Positions 26,682-36,671 of a DNA stretch of 64,000 nt are shown piece by piece. The notes below the pieces were generated by a model. The model was not told the DNA's origin, ran no database searches, and saw only the letters and a list, made by a program, of their open reading frames with translations. Source of the stretch: an uncultured Eubacteriales bacterium (GTDB taxonomy: Bacteria; Bacillota; Clostridia; Peptostreptococcales; Anaerovoracaceae); the NCBI GenBank assembly GCA_902786355.1, contig CADABZ010000009.1:19498-83497 (forward strand), read 5' to 3'. Within the stretch, counting starts at the first letter, position 1; every line of letters begins with the position of its first letter. Both the position numbers and the translations under genes were made by a program.

Positions 26682-27983
26682 ATGAAGAAAAGCAACTTTA
26701 AGATGATGCTTGCTCTCGTAATGTCATTCGTAATGGTATTCGCAATGACAGCTTGCGGCGGTGGCGGCGGCGATGACGCTGAAGCAACAGGCGGCTCCGG
26801 AGACGGAAAGTCGATCACACTGTTCAACTCCAAGAACGAGATCCAGGAAGACCTCGAAGCGCTCGCTAAGACATACGAAGAGCAGACAGGTGTTCATGTA
26901 GAAGTTTACTATTCACAGGACACAGTATCAGCTCACCTTGCTACCAAGTATGCTTCCAAGGCACCTTATACCATCAACATGGTAGATGCTAAGGACATCT
27001 ATTCACTCGGCAAGCAGTACGGTGCTGACATGACAGGTATGTCATGGGTCGATGACACTGACTATGCTATCACAGTAGACAACAAGGTCCTCGGATTCCC
27101 GACCTGCATCGAGGCAAGAGGTATTCTGTACAACTCTGCAGCTATCAAGAGCGCTCTTGGTGAAGACTTTGACCCAGCTACAATCAAGACTCTTGACGAC
27201 TTTAAGGCTATGTGCGACAAGCTCGTAAAAGCTGGTATGGAAGCTCCTACCGCCATTCTCGGACCTGACTGGTCACTCGCTGCTCACTACCTCCAGCAGG
27301 TATATGAGGAGAGAGAAGATCCTGAAGCATTCGTTCAGTCCCTGTATGCAGGTGAGGTTGATCTCATGAAGGACGAGAAGTTCAACGCTCTCATGGACAC
27401 ATTCGATGTCCTCAAGGAGTACAACCAGTTCAAGACTCAGGGCAGCAATGCTGAGGACGAACTCGTACACCAGGCTATGTCCGAAGGTAAGGACGCATTC
27501 CAGTTCGGCGGATGCTGGGAGTGGAATGACCTGCTGACTTATGACTACAATGGACCTGTAGGCATCATGCCTGTTCCACAGAACCTTGAGGATGACTACA
27601 CAGGAAAGCTCGTAGGCGGCGGATCAAAGTACTTCTATGTTGACGCAAGTGAGTACACATCAGAAGCTGACCAGGAAGCTGGTAAGGCATTCCTCGAGTG
27701 GCTCGCTACTTCTGACGAAGGTAAGACATTCGTATCCGACACATGCGGAATGGTATCCCCATTCAAGAGCAACACAGTTCCATGCACAAACGATATCGGC
27801 AAGGTTGTTAAGGAGTACGTAGATGCAGGAAACCTCGTTCCTAACTATGACTATGACCCTGATGATCACTATTCAAAGATTGGTATCGAGATGAAGAAGT
27901 ATCTCGACAATGCATGCACACGTGAAGAGCTCGCAAAGGCTATTCAGGACTACTGGGCAAGCACAACACCTGTAGAACACTAA
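26682..27983 (+). CDS. Sugar ABC transporter substrate-binding lipoprotein
   Basis: It has a lipoprotein signal peptide with lipobox AMTACGGGGG. The 433 aa size matches family 1 extracellular solute-binding proteins. Confidence 0.85.
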   Translation: MKKSNFKMMLALVMSFVMVFAMTACGGGGGDDAEATGGSGDGKSITLFNSKNEIQEDLEALAKTYEEQTGVHVEVYYSQDTVSAHLATKYASKAPYTINMVDAKDIYSLGKQYGADMTGMSWVDDTDYAITVDNKVLGFPTCIEARGILYNSAAIKSALGEDFDPATIKTLDDFKAMCDKLVKAGMEAPTAILGPDWSLAAHYLQQVYEEREDPEAFVQSLYAGEVDLMKDEKFNALMDTFDVLKEYNQFKTQGSNAEDELVHQAMSEGKDAFQFGGCWEWNDLLTYDYNGPVGIMPVPQNLEDDYTGKLVGGGSKYFYVDASEYTSEADQEAGKAFLEWLATSDEGKTFVSDTCGMVSPFKSNTVPCTNDIGKVVKEYVDAGNLVPNYDYDPDDHYSKIGIEMKKYLDNACTREELAKAIQDYWASTTPVEH

Positions 27984-28024
27984 TTTCTTGCTTTAATTAA
28001 GTAATAGTTGGTTTTTGATCACGA

Positions 28025-28055
28025 TAAGAGGCAGCTCTTAACAGGCTGCCTCTTA
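28025..28055 (+). other. Intra-operon stem-loop after SBP gene (no U tract)
   Basis: TAAGAGGCAGC pairs with GCTGCCTCTTA in an 11-bp perfect stem. This kind of mRNA-stabilising or partial-terminator hairpin is typical after SBP genes. Confidence 0.55.
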
Positions 28056-28107
28056 AGTGGTATCTGAAAGCCGGCTGTTACGGATTGTGACTAACAAGGG
28101 GACAATA

Positions 28108-28986
28108 ATGAAAAGGAACACTTTAAGCTATAAGGTCAAACAGTATCTGATGTTTGGCGGTGTCGGAACGGCCCTGTTCTGTGCCGTCGTAATCGTTCCG
28201 TTCATCTATGGTATCTACCTGACATTCACCAGCTGGGACGGCGTATCTCCTACTAAGCCGTTTGTAGGAATTGCTAACTACATAGCAGCTTTTTCTGACC
28301 ATGATTATTGGCTGGCAATGGGCAGAACGGTAATTTACTCTGTATTTGCGGTAGTACTTATCAACGTTCTTGCCTTTGCTCTGGCATATCTTGTAACAAG
28401 CGGTGTTAAGGGACAGAACTTCTTCCGCGCAGGTTTCTTCATTCCTAACCTGATCGGCGGTATCGTACTTGGTTATGTATGGAAGTTCGTTTTCAACAGA
28501 GCATTTGTAGCTATCGGTACAGCGATTGCCGGACATGATGTTCCGTCACTGCTCGCGTCACCGAACGGAGCTATGTTCTGTCTGATACTTGCCTCAGTAT
28601 GGCAGTATGCAGGTTATATGATGCTGATCTATGTAGCGGGCTTCATGAGCGTATCTGATTCACTCAAGGAAGCTGCTATGATCGACGGATGCACACCTTC
28701 ACAGGCTATGCGTAACGTAACGATTCCACTGATGCGCTCATCATTCGTACAGTGCATATTCCTGAGCATCACAAGATGCTTCGTAGTATACGATGTCAAC
28801 CTGTCATTGACAAAGGGCGATCCGTACGGACAGTCAATCATGGCAGCTATGCACGTATATAACACAGCCTTCACATACAAGAACTATGGTATGGGTCAGG
28901 CTGAAGCGCTCATACTCTTCATAGTATGCGCAGTAATCGGTATCACTCAGGTTATGGTAGGTAAGAAAGGAGAGGTAGAAGCATAA
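28108..28986 (+). CDS. Carbohydrate ABC transporter permease (MalF/UgpA-type)
   Basis: It has 6 TM helices and the EAA loop EAAMIDGCTPSQAMRNVTIP. The ATG at 28108 is preceded by AAGGGG. Confidence 0.85.
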   Translation: MKRNTLSYKVKQYLMFGGVGTALFCAVVIVPFIYGIYLTFTSWDGVSPTKPFVGIANYIAAFSDHDYWLAMGRTVIYSVFAVVLINVLAFALAYLVTSGVKGQNFFRAGFFIPNLIGGIVLGYVWKFVFNRAFVAIGTAIAGHDVPSLLASPNGAMFCLILASVWQYAGYMMLIYVAGFMSVSDSLKEAAMIDGCTPSQAMRNVTIPLMRSSFVQCIFLSITRCFVVYDVNLSLTKGDPYGQSIMAAMHVYNTAFTYKNYGMGQAEALILFIVCAVIGITQVMVGKKGEVEA

Positions 28987-29849
28987 TGACTCAGAACGAA
29001 AAAGCTGCAGCAGCTAAGAAAAGAAATCATGCGATCATGATCACTGTGCTGATCCTGCTCTTCCTCTTCTTTATCATGCCGTTCATTCTGGTACTGATCA
29101 ATGTATTCAAGGACAAAGCAGATATCGTAACAAGTCCGCTCGCACTTATCGGTGCACACGGATTCACACTGAAGAACTTCCCTGAAGCTATGGCTAAGAT
29201 GGACTTCTTCAATGTATTCAAGAACTCACTTCTGATCACAATATCCGCAACGGTTCTCACTATACTGGTATCCGCGATGACATCATTCGTAATCGTACGT
29301 AACGGAAAGTGGAAAATGTGCGCAGCAGTTTTCGCTCTCATGGTTGCTTCGATGGTCATCCCGTTCCAGGTACTGATGGTACCGCTGGTATCCGTATACG
29401 GCGGAATCCTCGGAATACTCAATAGCCGTCTTACGCTGATATTCATGCATGTGGGTTTCTCGGTTTCGATGGCAACATTCATGTTCCACGGAGCTATTCA
29501 TACCAATATACCTCTCGAGCTTGAAGAAGCAGCTCTCATCGACGGATGCTCCAGATGGCAGACATTCTGGAAAATCGTCTTCCCGCTGCTCAAGCCAACT
29601 ATTGCTACAGTAGCTATTATCGATGCTATGGGATTCTGGAACGACTACCTCCTGCCAAGCCTGGTGCTGACAGACAAGGCAATCTACACTATCCCGATCG
29701 CTACTCAGCAGTTCTATGGAACATATTCCACAGATATCGGTCTTGTAATGGCTGCCCTCGTGCTCGCCATGCTGCCGATCCTCATCCTGTATCTCTTCCT
29801 GCAGAAGTACATCGTTGCAGGTGTAACATCAGGAGCTGTTAAGGGTTAA
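28986..29849 (+). CDS. Carbohydrate ABC transporter permease (MalG/UgpE-type)
   Basis: It has the EAA loop EAALIDGCSRWQTFWKIVFP, and its start overlaps the upstream stop. Confidence 0.85.
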   Translation: MTQNEKAAAAKKRNHAIMITVLILLFLFFIMPFILVLINVFKDKADIVTSPLALIGAHGFTLKNFPEAMAKMDFFNVFKNSLLITISATVLTILVSAMTSFVIVRNGKWKMCAAVFALMVASMVIPFQVLMVPLVSVYGGILGILNSRLTLIFMHVGFSVSMATFMFHGAIHTNIPLELEEAALIDGCSRWQTFWKIVFPLLKPTIATVAIIDAMGFWNDYLLPSLVLTDKAIYTIPIATQQFYGTYSTDIGLVMAALVLAMLPILILYLFLQKYIVAGVTSGAVKG

Positions 29850-29880
29850 ATGTATCCGGTCAGGGTAAAGTTGATAGCTA

Positions 29881-30513
29881 ATGGACAAAATATTTAGTTC
29901 TGAAAATCCGGTAATGAGATTCCTCGCGAGGCTGTTCGACCTGGCGGCGCTGAATGTTATAACGCTGCTGTACTCACTGCCTCTTATAACTGCTGGCGGA
30001 GCGCTTGCGGCTATGAATTACGTACTCCTTCGCTTGCACAGGGAGGAAGAGTCATACATATTCGCGATGTTCAGAAAATCCTTCAGGGAGAATTTCAGAC
30101 AGGGCATCCCTGAGGGCCTGCTGGTTCTGGCTGCTGCCGGTATCACGGCTGTGGACCTGCTGTCTTTGCGGGGTTCGGAGTCGCCCGTGGCAACCGTCAT
30201 GATGATAGTTATTACTTTCATCGCAATCATGATTTTCGTAACATGTGTTTACATGTTTGCCCTGCAGTCAAGATATGAGAATACCGTATCCGGCACGATC
30301 CTCAATGCGGTCAGACTCGCGATCGGAAATCTTCCGAGGTCGCTTGGAATCGCACTTATCTGGCTCCTATGGACGGGTCTCATGGTGTATCTCAATAAGG
30401 CGGCATCACTGCTCATTCTGGTATGCGGGTTAACACTTCCCGGGTATCTGTGCACGATGCTGATTGACGGAATCTTCAGAAAGCTTGAATCAGAAGAAGA
30501 GTTATCAGAATAA
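29881..30513 (+). CDS. YesL/DUF624-family membrane protein
   Basis: A ~210 aa, 5-6 TM protein is commonly embedded in Firmicutes sugar ABC loci. The N-terminal FLARLFDLAALNVITLLYSLPLIT fits DUF624. Confidence 0.6.
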   Translation: MDKIFSSENPVMRFLARLFDLAALNVITLLYSLPLITAGGALAAMNYVLLRLHREEESYIFAMFRKSFRENFRQGIPEGLLVLAAAGITAVDLLSLRGSESPVATVMMIVITFIAIMIFVTCVYMFALQSRYENTVSGTILNAVRLAIGNLPRSLGIALIWLLWTGLMVYLNKAASLLILVCGLTLPGYLCTMLIDGIFRKLESEEELSE

Positions 30514-30556
30514 CTGGCCGGTCAAGCGTGTATATTGGAATAAAGGAGAATAAAAC

Positions 30557-31666
30557 ATGGCAAGTTTATCATTGAAACATATCGAGAAAGTCTACGAGAA
30601 TGGCTTCCATGCTGTTCACGACTTCAACCTCGAAGTAGAAGATAAGGAATTCATTATCTTCGTAGGACCTTCCGGCTGCGGAAAGTCCACAACTCTGCGT
30701 ATGATCGCAGGTCTTGAAGATATCTCCAGCGGAGAGTTCATGATCGACGGCGTTCTTATGAACGACGTAGAGCCAAAGGACAGAGATATCGCGATGGTAT
30801 TCCAGAGCTACGCTCTCTATCCTCATATGACAGTAAGAGACAACATGGGATTCGCGCTCAAGCTCAGAAACGTTCCTAAGGATGAGATCGATGCCAAGGT
30901 AAACGAAGTAGCTAAGATCCTCGACCTCGAGAAACTGCTCGACAGAAAGCCTAAGGCTCTCTCCGGCGGACAGAGACAGCGTGTTGCTATGGGCCGTGCT
31001 ATCGTAAGAAGCCCTAAGGTATTCCTCATGGACGAGCCTCTGTCAAACCTCGACGCTAAGCTGAGAGTTCAGATGAGAACAGAGATCGCTAAGCTCCACG
31101 AGAGACTGGGAACAACAATCATCTACGTAACACACGACCAGACTGAGGCTATGACACTCGGTACAAGAATCGTTGTTATGAAAGACGGTATCGTTCAGCA
31201 GATCAACTCACCTGAGCACCTCTACAACAAGCCATACAACCTCTTCGTTGCCGGCTTCATCGGATCGCCTCAGATGAACTTCCTCGACGCTGTTGTTGAG
31301 AAGAAGGGCGCTGACACATTCCTCAAGGTTGCAGGCTTCGACATCAAGCTCCCTGCTGACAAGGCAGAAGCAGTCAAGGATTACGTAGGCAAGACTGTTG
31401 TTATGGGTATCAGACCTGAGCACCTCATCGACGGAAGAGGCAAAGAGGCTGAGCAGTGCGTAATCAAGGCTCCTATCGAAGTAAGAGAGCTCCTCGGCGC
31501 AGAAGCATATCTGTACTTCAACCTCGATGGCAAGCAGTGCACAGCAAGAGTAGCTTCCGATGTTGACCTCTATGTAGGCATGGAAGGTACTATGGCACTC
31601 GACATGAGCAAGCTCCAGCTCTTCGACAAGGAAACAGAGCTGAGCCTTCTCTGGAAAGAGTGGTAG
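30557..31666 (+). CDS. Sugar ABC transporter ATP-binding protein (MsmK/MsmX/UgpC-type)
   Basis: It has Walker [10 protein letters not shown], signature LSGGQRQR, Walker B FLMDEPLS and a C-terminal TOBE-like domain. Confidence 0.9.
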   Translation: MASLSLKHIEKVYENGFHAVHDFNLEVEDKEFIIFVGPSGCGKSTTLRMIAGLEDISSGEFMIDGVLMNDVEPKDRDIAMVFQSYALYPHMTVRDNMGFALKLRNVPKDEIDAKVNEVAKILDLEKLLDRKPKALSGGQRQRVAMGRAIVRSPKVFLMDEPLSNLDAKLRVQMRTEIAKLHERLGTTIIYVTHDQTEAMTLGTRIVVMKDGIVQQINSPEHLYNKPYNLFVAGFIGSPQMNFLDAVVEKKGADTFLKVAGFDIKLPADKAEAVKDYVGKTVVMGIRPEHLIDGRGKEAEQCVIKAPIEVRELLGAEAYLYFNLDGKQCTARVASDVDLYVGMEGTMALDMSKLQLFDKETELSLLWKEW

Positions 31667-31700
31667 AATCTACCGGTTTTACAAAGAATAAAAACATTTG

Positions 31701-31741
31701 CAGGACTGTCACTATCATGTGGCAGTCCTGTTGATTTTTTG
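31701..31741 (+). terminator. Rho-independent terminator
   Basis: CAGGACTGTCAC pairs with GTGGCAGTCCTG in a ~12-bp stem, followed by TTGATTTTTT. Confidence 0.8.
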
Positions 31742-31781
31742 GTATTATTGCCGTGGACTTTAATATAGCGCGGAGGACATC

Positions 31782-33971
31782 ATGAGCATAAGATTTAACG
31801 AAGAAACAAGACAGCTGATACTGGAGACAAGGAAGACCTCCTATCAGATGAAAATAGATGAACTAGGCTATCTCAAGCATCTGTATTACGGACCTTCGGC
31901 AGGAACCTGGAACATGGACTATCCTTTCCGTACATATGACAGGGGATTCTCGGGGAATCCTTACGATATGCGTGATAACCGCGCGTACTCGCTTGATTCA
32001 ATGCCTCAGGAGTACACTTCATACGGAGTCGGGGATTTCAGGATCAACACGATCACAGCTTCTTATCCGGACGGGAGCCGCTGCGCCGAATACAGGTATA
32101 TCAGTCATGAGATAAGAGAGGGGAAATACTCAATTCCGGGACTGCCTTCAGCATATGATAACGGTGATACTGTTCAGACTCTGGTGGTCACACTGGGAGA
32201 TACAGCATCGAACATCAGGGTCAGGCTGTATTACGGAGTCTTCGAGGAGAAAGATATAATCACAAGGACAGCAGAGATAATCAACGGAGGCGAAGAGACG
32301 GTCTGGCTTCGCAAAGCTGCTTCCGTATGCCTGGATCTTCCGTTCGGCAAATGGGATCTGATACATTTCCATGGCCGCCACTGCATGGAACGCCAGCCGG
32401 AGAGAGTGCCGCTTTTCCATGGGATACACACGATCTCGTCCGGACGCGGTATGTCGAGTCATCAGCACAATCCTTTTGTCATTCTCTGTGACAGAAAGAC
32501 TACAGAGGACAGCGGCGCATGCTATGGAATGATGATGATGTACTCAGGCAATCACAAGACAGAGATCGAGCTCGATCAGTTTGACTCGGTCAGGGCAGTG
32601 ATGGGGCTCAATGATGAGAGATTCCGCTGGGAACTGGAACCAGGGACATCCTTCTTCACGCCTGAGGTAATACTTACATATGCAGACGGACTGACTGAAA
32701 TGTCGCACAATTATCACAGGATCATACAGAACAATGTGGTCAGCAGCAGATACAGAAACAGCCACAGACCGGTCCTGATCAACAACTGGGAAGCGACATA
32801 CTTTGACTTTACAGAAGAGAAGCTGCTGGAGATAGCAGAGAAGGCAGCAGATCTCGGAATAGAACTTTTCGTGCTTGATGACGGATGGTTCAGAAACAGA
32901 AATGATGACAATGCCGGCCTCGGAGACTGGACACCTGATGAGCATAAGCTCCCGGAGGGTCTCGGAAGGCTGATAGAAAAGATAAAAGAAAAAGGTTTGG
33001 CTTTCGGGCTGTGGATAGAGCCTGAAATGGTTAGCGAAGATTCGGACCTGTACCGCGCACATCCAGACTGGGCGCTTACCGCACCGGGAAGAGCTCCGAT
33101 GATGGCAAGAAACCAGCTTGTTCTTGATCTGTCGCGCAGTGACGTCCGTGATTATCTCTTTGAGACCATATCCGGACTTCTTGAGAATAACGACATCAGA
33201 TATATCAAGTGGGATTTCAACAGGCCGCTTTCCGATGTTTATTCACACTCGATATCTGCAGAGAGGCAGGGAGAGGTTCCTCACCGCTACTATCTGGGGC
33301 TGTATGAGCTGTATGACAGACTTACCTCAGCGTTTCCTGATGTCTTGTTTGAGGGATGCGCAGGCGGCGGCGGACGTTTTGACGCCGGAATGCTGTACTA
33401 CTCACCTCAGATATGGTGCTCAGATAACACAGACCCGATCTCGAGGCTGAAGATACAGTACGGAACATCCTTCGGTTACCCAGCCGGAACCGTATCTGCA
33501 CATGTGAGTGCTTCGCCTAATCATCAGACCGGACGCAGGACGACCCTTGAGACAAGAGGGACTGTGGCTATGACAGGAGCTTTCGGCTATGAGCTTGATC
33601 TGACGAAGCTGACTGACGAAGAATGCAAAGAGATAAAAGAACAGATCCTCAGATACAGGGATGTGGAATCTGTCATACGCGAAGGAAAGCTTTACCGCCT
33701 GAGCGGTCTTGAAGAGGGAAGCAGATATTTCTGCTGGGAATATGTGAGCGAAGATAAGAACAGATGCCTGCTCAGCATAGTTGTCACAGATCCGCTCGCC
33801 AATGGTCCATCAATACACGTGAAGCTGAAAGGCCTTCTGCCGGATGCGGTATACTCTGTCGGAGGGGAATTTGAATGCCCGGGAAGTATTCTGATGGAGA
33901 ACGGATATACATTCGTCAGCCTTACAGGAGATTATCCGGCTCTTCAGATCGATATATGTACAGTAAGCTGA
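31782..33971 (+). CDS. GH36 alpha-galactosidase (AgaA/Mel36-type)
   Basis: This 729-aa protein has LINNWEATYFDF, FVLDDGWF, YIKWDFNR, CAGGGGRFD and WCSDNTD motifs. Confidence 0.9.
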   Translation: MSIRFNEETRQLILETRKTSYQMKIDELGYLKHLYYGPSAGTWNMDYPFRTYDRGFSGNPYDMRDNRAYSLDSMPQEYTSYGVGDFRINTITASYPDGSRCAEYRYISHEIREGKYSIPGLPSAYDNGDTVQTLVVTLGDTASNIRVRLYYGVFEEKDIITRTAEIINGGEETVWLRKAASVCLDLPFGKWDLIHFHGRHCMERQPERVPLFHGIHTISSGRGMSSHQHNPFVILCDRKTTEDSGACYGMMMMYSGNHKTEIELDQFDSVRAVMGLNDERFRWELEPGTSFFTPEVILTYADGLTEMSHNYHRIIQNNVVSSRYRNSHRPVLINNWEATYFDFTEEKLLEIAEKAADLGIELFVLDDGWFRNRNDDNAGLGDWTPDEHKLPEGLGRLIEKIKEKGLAFGLWIEPEMVSEDSDLYRAHPDWALTAPGRAPMMARNQLVLDLSRSDVRDYLFETISGLLENNDIRYIKWDFNRPLSDVYSHSISAERQGEVPHRYYLGLYELYDRLTSAFPDVLFEGCAGGGGRFDAGMLYYSPQIWCSDNTDPISRLKIQYGTSFGYPAGTVSAHVSASPNHQTGRRTTLETRGTVAMTGAFGYELDLTKLTDEECKEIKEQILRYRDVESVIREGKLYRLSGLEEGSRYFCWEYVSEDKNRCLLSIVVTDPLANGPSIHVKLKGLLPDAVYSVGGEFECPGSILMENGYTFVSLTGDYPALQIDICTVS

Positions 33972-34054
33972 GATTCTTTATCTGCAGACAGTGTTTTGAA
34001 CGGCTCCGTATGTTAAAATTTGATACACATATATTAATTCAGAGGTAAAAATTA

Positions 34055-35620
34055 ATGGTCAGCAAAGAGCTTGCTCAGGCAAGAGAACACGAGGCAGCTG
34101 CAGGTGCTGCAGTACAGGAAGAAGACCGGCCGGTCTGTCATTTTACAGCCCGCACAGGGTGGCTCAACGATCCCAACGGCCTGTCTTTCTATAACGGTAC
34201 ATACCACCTGTTTTACCAGTATCATCCGTACAGCACCTACTGGGGGCCAATGCACTGGGGACATGCGGTAAGCCGGGATCTTATAAAATGGAAATACCTT
34301 CCGGCAGCCATGTCTCCGGATACAGAGTACGACAAGTCGGGATGCTTCTCCGGCTCGGCACTTACTCTTGAAGACGGCAGGCACATGCTGATGTATACAA
34401 GCTGCGGCGACAGCTCTGAAGATCCGACCGGCAAAGGCCGCTGGCTTCAGACACAGAGCCTGGCAATACTCGGAGATGACGGAGAGTACGTCAAATACGA
34501 GGGCAATCCTGTTATATCCGAGAAGGATCTTCCTGAAGATGCAGATCCATATGAATTCAGAGATCCTTTTATCTGGAAAGGGAAGGACGGCACCTACAGA
34601 GTGCTGGTTGCTGCGGCAAGAGCAGCAGAGGCTGCAGGCGAGGAACCTGAAGGCGGCACATATATCCTGATGTACAGGAGCAGTGATGGGATCCACTGGG
34701 GTGACGGGAAGGTTTTCTTCGAAGATGACCGCAGGATAGGCGTGATGTGGGAATGCCCTAACTTCTTCCCTCTGGGAGACAGACATGTGCTGATCGCAAG
34801 CCCGATGGATATGAAGGCTGAAGAAGGCGAAGCTGTGGGATCGATCCGTTTCCCTCAGGGCAATAATGTATGCTATATAACAGGCAGATACAGCGAGGAC
34901 AGCGATACTTTCGTTCCTGACACAGACAGAGCGGGAAGATACAGATACGAACCTGTAGATTCGGGCCTTGACTTCTATGCTCCTCAGGTGCTGCATACTA
35001 TAGACGGCAGACGAGTCATGATAGGCTGGATGCAGGACCCGAGCGTCGGCAATACTGAATCAAACGGGCGCAGACAGAGCGGAATATTCGGGCAGATGAC
35101 TGTACCGAGGGAGCTGAGCCTCAGAGATAACAGGCTCATACAGTGGCCGGTCAGTGAGCTTGAAGAATACAGGACTGACGAATCTGTATGGCCGCCGATC
35201 ACGATGGCTCCGGTCTGGCTGAGGGTGCCGGGAATAGAAGGCAGAGCCATGGACCTGGAGATCGATATCAGGACAAAGCGGAGCTGCAAGGGCTGCGGCA
35301 TGAGGTTTGCCGCAGATGAAGAGCATTATACACAGCTCTGGTACGATCCGGCAAAATCAGTTATAACTATAGACAGAAGCCATTCAGGGCAGGATGAGAG
35401 TATCCCGTCAAAGAGGACCGTCAAGGTCAGCGAGAGGAAGGGCAGACTGAGCCTGAGGGTCATCCTCGACAAGTGGAGCGCCGAGATATTCATAAACGGC
35501 GGTGAACAGGTTATTTCAGTCACATACTACACAGATCTCTCTGCTGAAGGCATCAGATTCAGAGCTGAAGGAGAGGCTGAAATGGATATTACAGCCTATA
35601 AGCTGGCAGCAGACAGATAG
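34055..35620 (+). CDS. GH32 beta-fructofuranosidase / sucrose-6-phosphate hydrolase
   Basis: It has WLNDPNG (nucleophile), FRDP and WECP (acid/base) motifs. Confidence 0.9.
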   Translation: MVSKELAQAREHEAAAGAAVQEEDRPVCHFTARTGWLNDPNGLSFYNGTYHLFYQYHPYSTYWGPMHWGHAVSRDLIKWKYLPAAMSPDTEYDKSGCFSGSALTLEDGRHMLMYTSCGDSSEDPTGKGRWLQTQSLAILGDDGEYVKYEGNPVISEKDLPEDADPYEFRDPFIWKGKDGTYRVLVAAARAAEAAGEEPEGGTYILMYRSSDGIHWGDGKVFFEDDRRIGVMWECPNFFPLGDRHVLIASPMDMKAEEGEAVGSIRFPQGNNVCYITGRYSEDSDTFVPDTDRAGRYRYEPVDSGLDFYAPQVLHTIDGRRVMIGWMQDPSVGNTESNGRRQSGIFGQMTVPRELSLRDNRLIQWPVSELEEYRTDESVWPPITMAPVWLRVPGIEGRAMDLEIDIRTKRSCKGCGMRFAADEEHYTQLWYDPAKSVITIDRSHSGQDESIPSKRTVKVSERKGRLSLRVILDKWSAEIFINGGEQVISVTYYTDLSAEGIRFRAEGEAEMDITAYKLAADR

Positions 35621-35662
35621 GACGCGATCTCACAGACCGTAATACGAGAGGTATACATTAAA

Positions 35663-36649
35663 ATGAAAAAGCATATAAGTACTCTTGGAGAATTACTCAT
35701 AGATATGACTCAGAACGGTACCGATGAACTCGGAAACGGTGTGTTCATCGCGTATCCGGGCGGCGCTCCGGCCAATGTAGCTGTAGCTGCTGCAAGACTC
35801 GGAGCAAGAACAGGTTTTATCGGGAAGGTCGGAGATGACGCTTTCGGCCGGAGCCTTGCAGATACACTGAGCAGGGAAGGCATAGATGTTTCGGGGCTGT
35901 TTACCTGTTCTGACATCCCAACTACGATGGCTTTGGTATCAGTCGATGAGAAAGGAGAGCGTGAGTTTGCTTTCTACAGGACTCCGGGAGCTGATACTCA
36001 GCTGACAGCGGATGAAGCTATATCCGCTCTTGCCGGCAGTCACAGCAGAGGCAATGAGGATCTGACAGGCGAGACATCAGAGCTGCCGTTGATCCTGCAT
36101 GTAGGGTCGCTCTCCATGACGACAATGCCTTCAAGAGAAGCGTGTGAAGCAGCAGTCAGATATGCCAGGGACAGGGGTGTTCTGATCAGCTATGACCCTA
36201 ACTACCGTGCTGCTCTCTGGGACAGCGAGGAGCATGCAGTTGAGATGATGAAGGTTCTGCTGCCGCTTGCAGACATCCTCAAGGTATCAGATGAGGAGAT
36301 GCTTATGCTGACAGGAACAGAGGACTTCAGCGATGGAAGCCGCATACTGAGTGACTATGGTCCGTCACTTGTGCTTGTGACACTCGGTGCAAAAGGCGTA
36401 TTCGTAAGATGCGGTGATTTTGCGGATACTGTTGCCGGCTTCAGTGTCAGAGTAGCTGATACCAATGGAGCCGGAGACACATTCCTCGGTGCGATGCTCG
36501 CGCAGATCAGCAGGAGACCACAGCTGCTCAGCAGCCTCGGAGAGGAAGAACTCAAAGATATGGTCACATATGCCAATAAAGCGGCATCACTGACATGTTC
36601 AAGACACGGAGCTATACCGGCAATGCCGTATGCAGAGGAACTTATCTGA
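35663..36649 (+). CDS. PfkB-family carbohydrate kinase (fructokinase-like)
   Basis: It has an N-terminal GELLIDM...GGAPANVA and the ATP/anion-hole motif DTNGAGDTFLGAM. Confidence 0.8.
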   Translation: MKKHISTLGELLIDMTQNGTDELGNGVFIAYPGGAPANVAVAAARLGARTGFIGKVGDDAFGRSLADTLSREGIDVSGLFTCSDIPTTMALVSVDEKGEREFAFYRTPGADTQLTADEAISALAGSHSRGNEDLTGETSELPLILHVGSLSMTTMPSREACEAAVRYARDRGVLISYDPNYRAALWDSEEHAVEMMKVLLPLADILKVSDEEMLMLTGTEDFSDGSRILSDYGPSLVLVTLGAKGVFVRCGDFADTVAGFSVRVADTNGAGDTFLGAMLAQISRRPQLLSSLGEEELKDMVTYANKAASLTCSRHGAIPAMPYAEELI

Positions 36650-36671
36650 CGAAATACTTGAAAGGACATAA

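Noticed and set aside
34052-34996. A 314-aa minus-strand ORF opposite the GH32 gene. Similar long antisense ORFs occur at 36720-37835 and 38503-39720.
   Set aside because: Each lies fully inside a + strand gene with unambiguous catalytic motifs (GH32, GH13, HydF). The translations are Cys/Arg/His-rich nonsense with no motifs.
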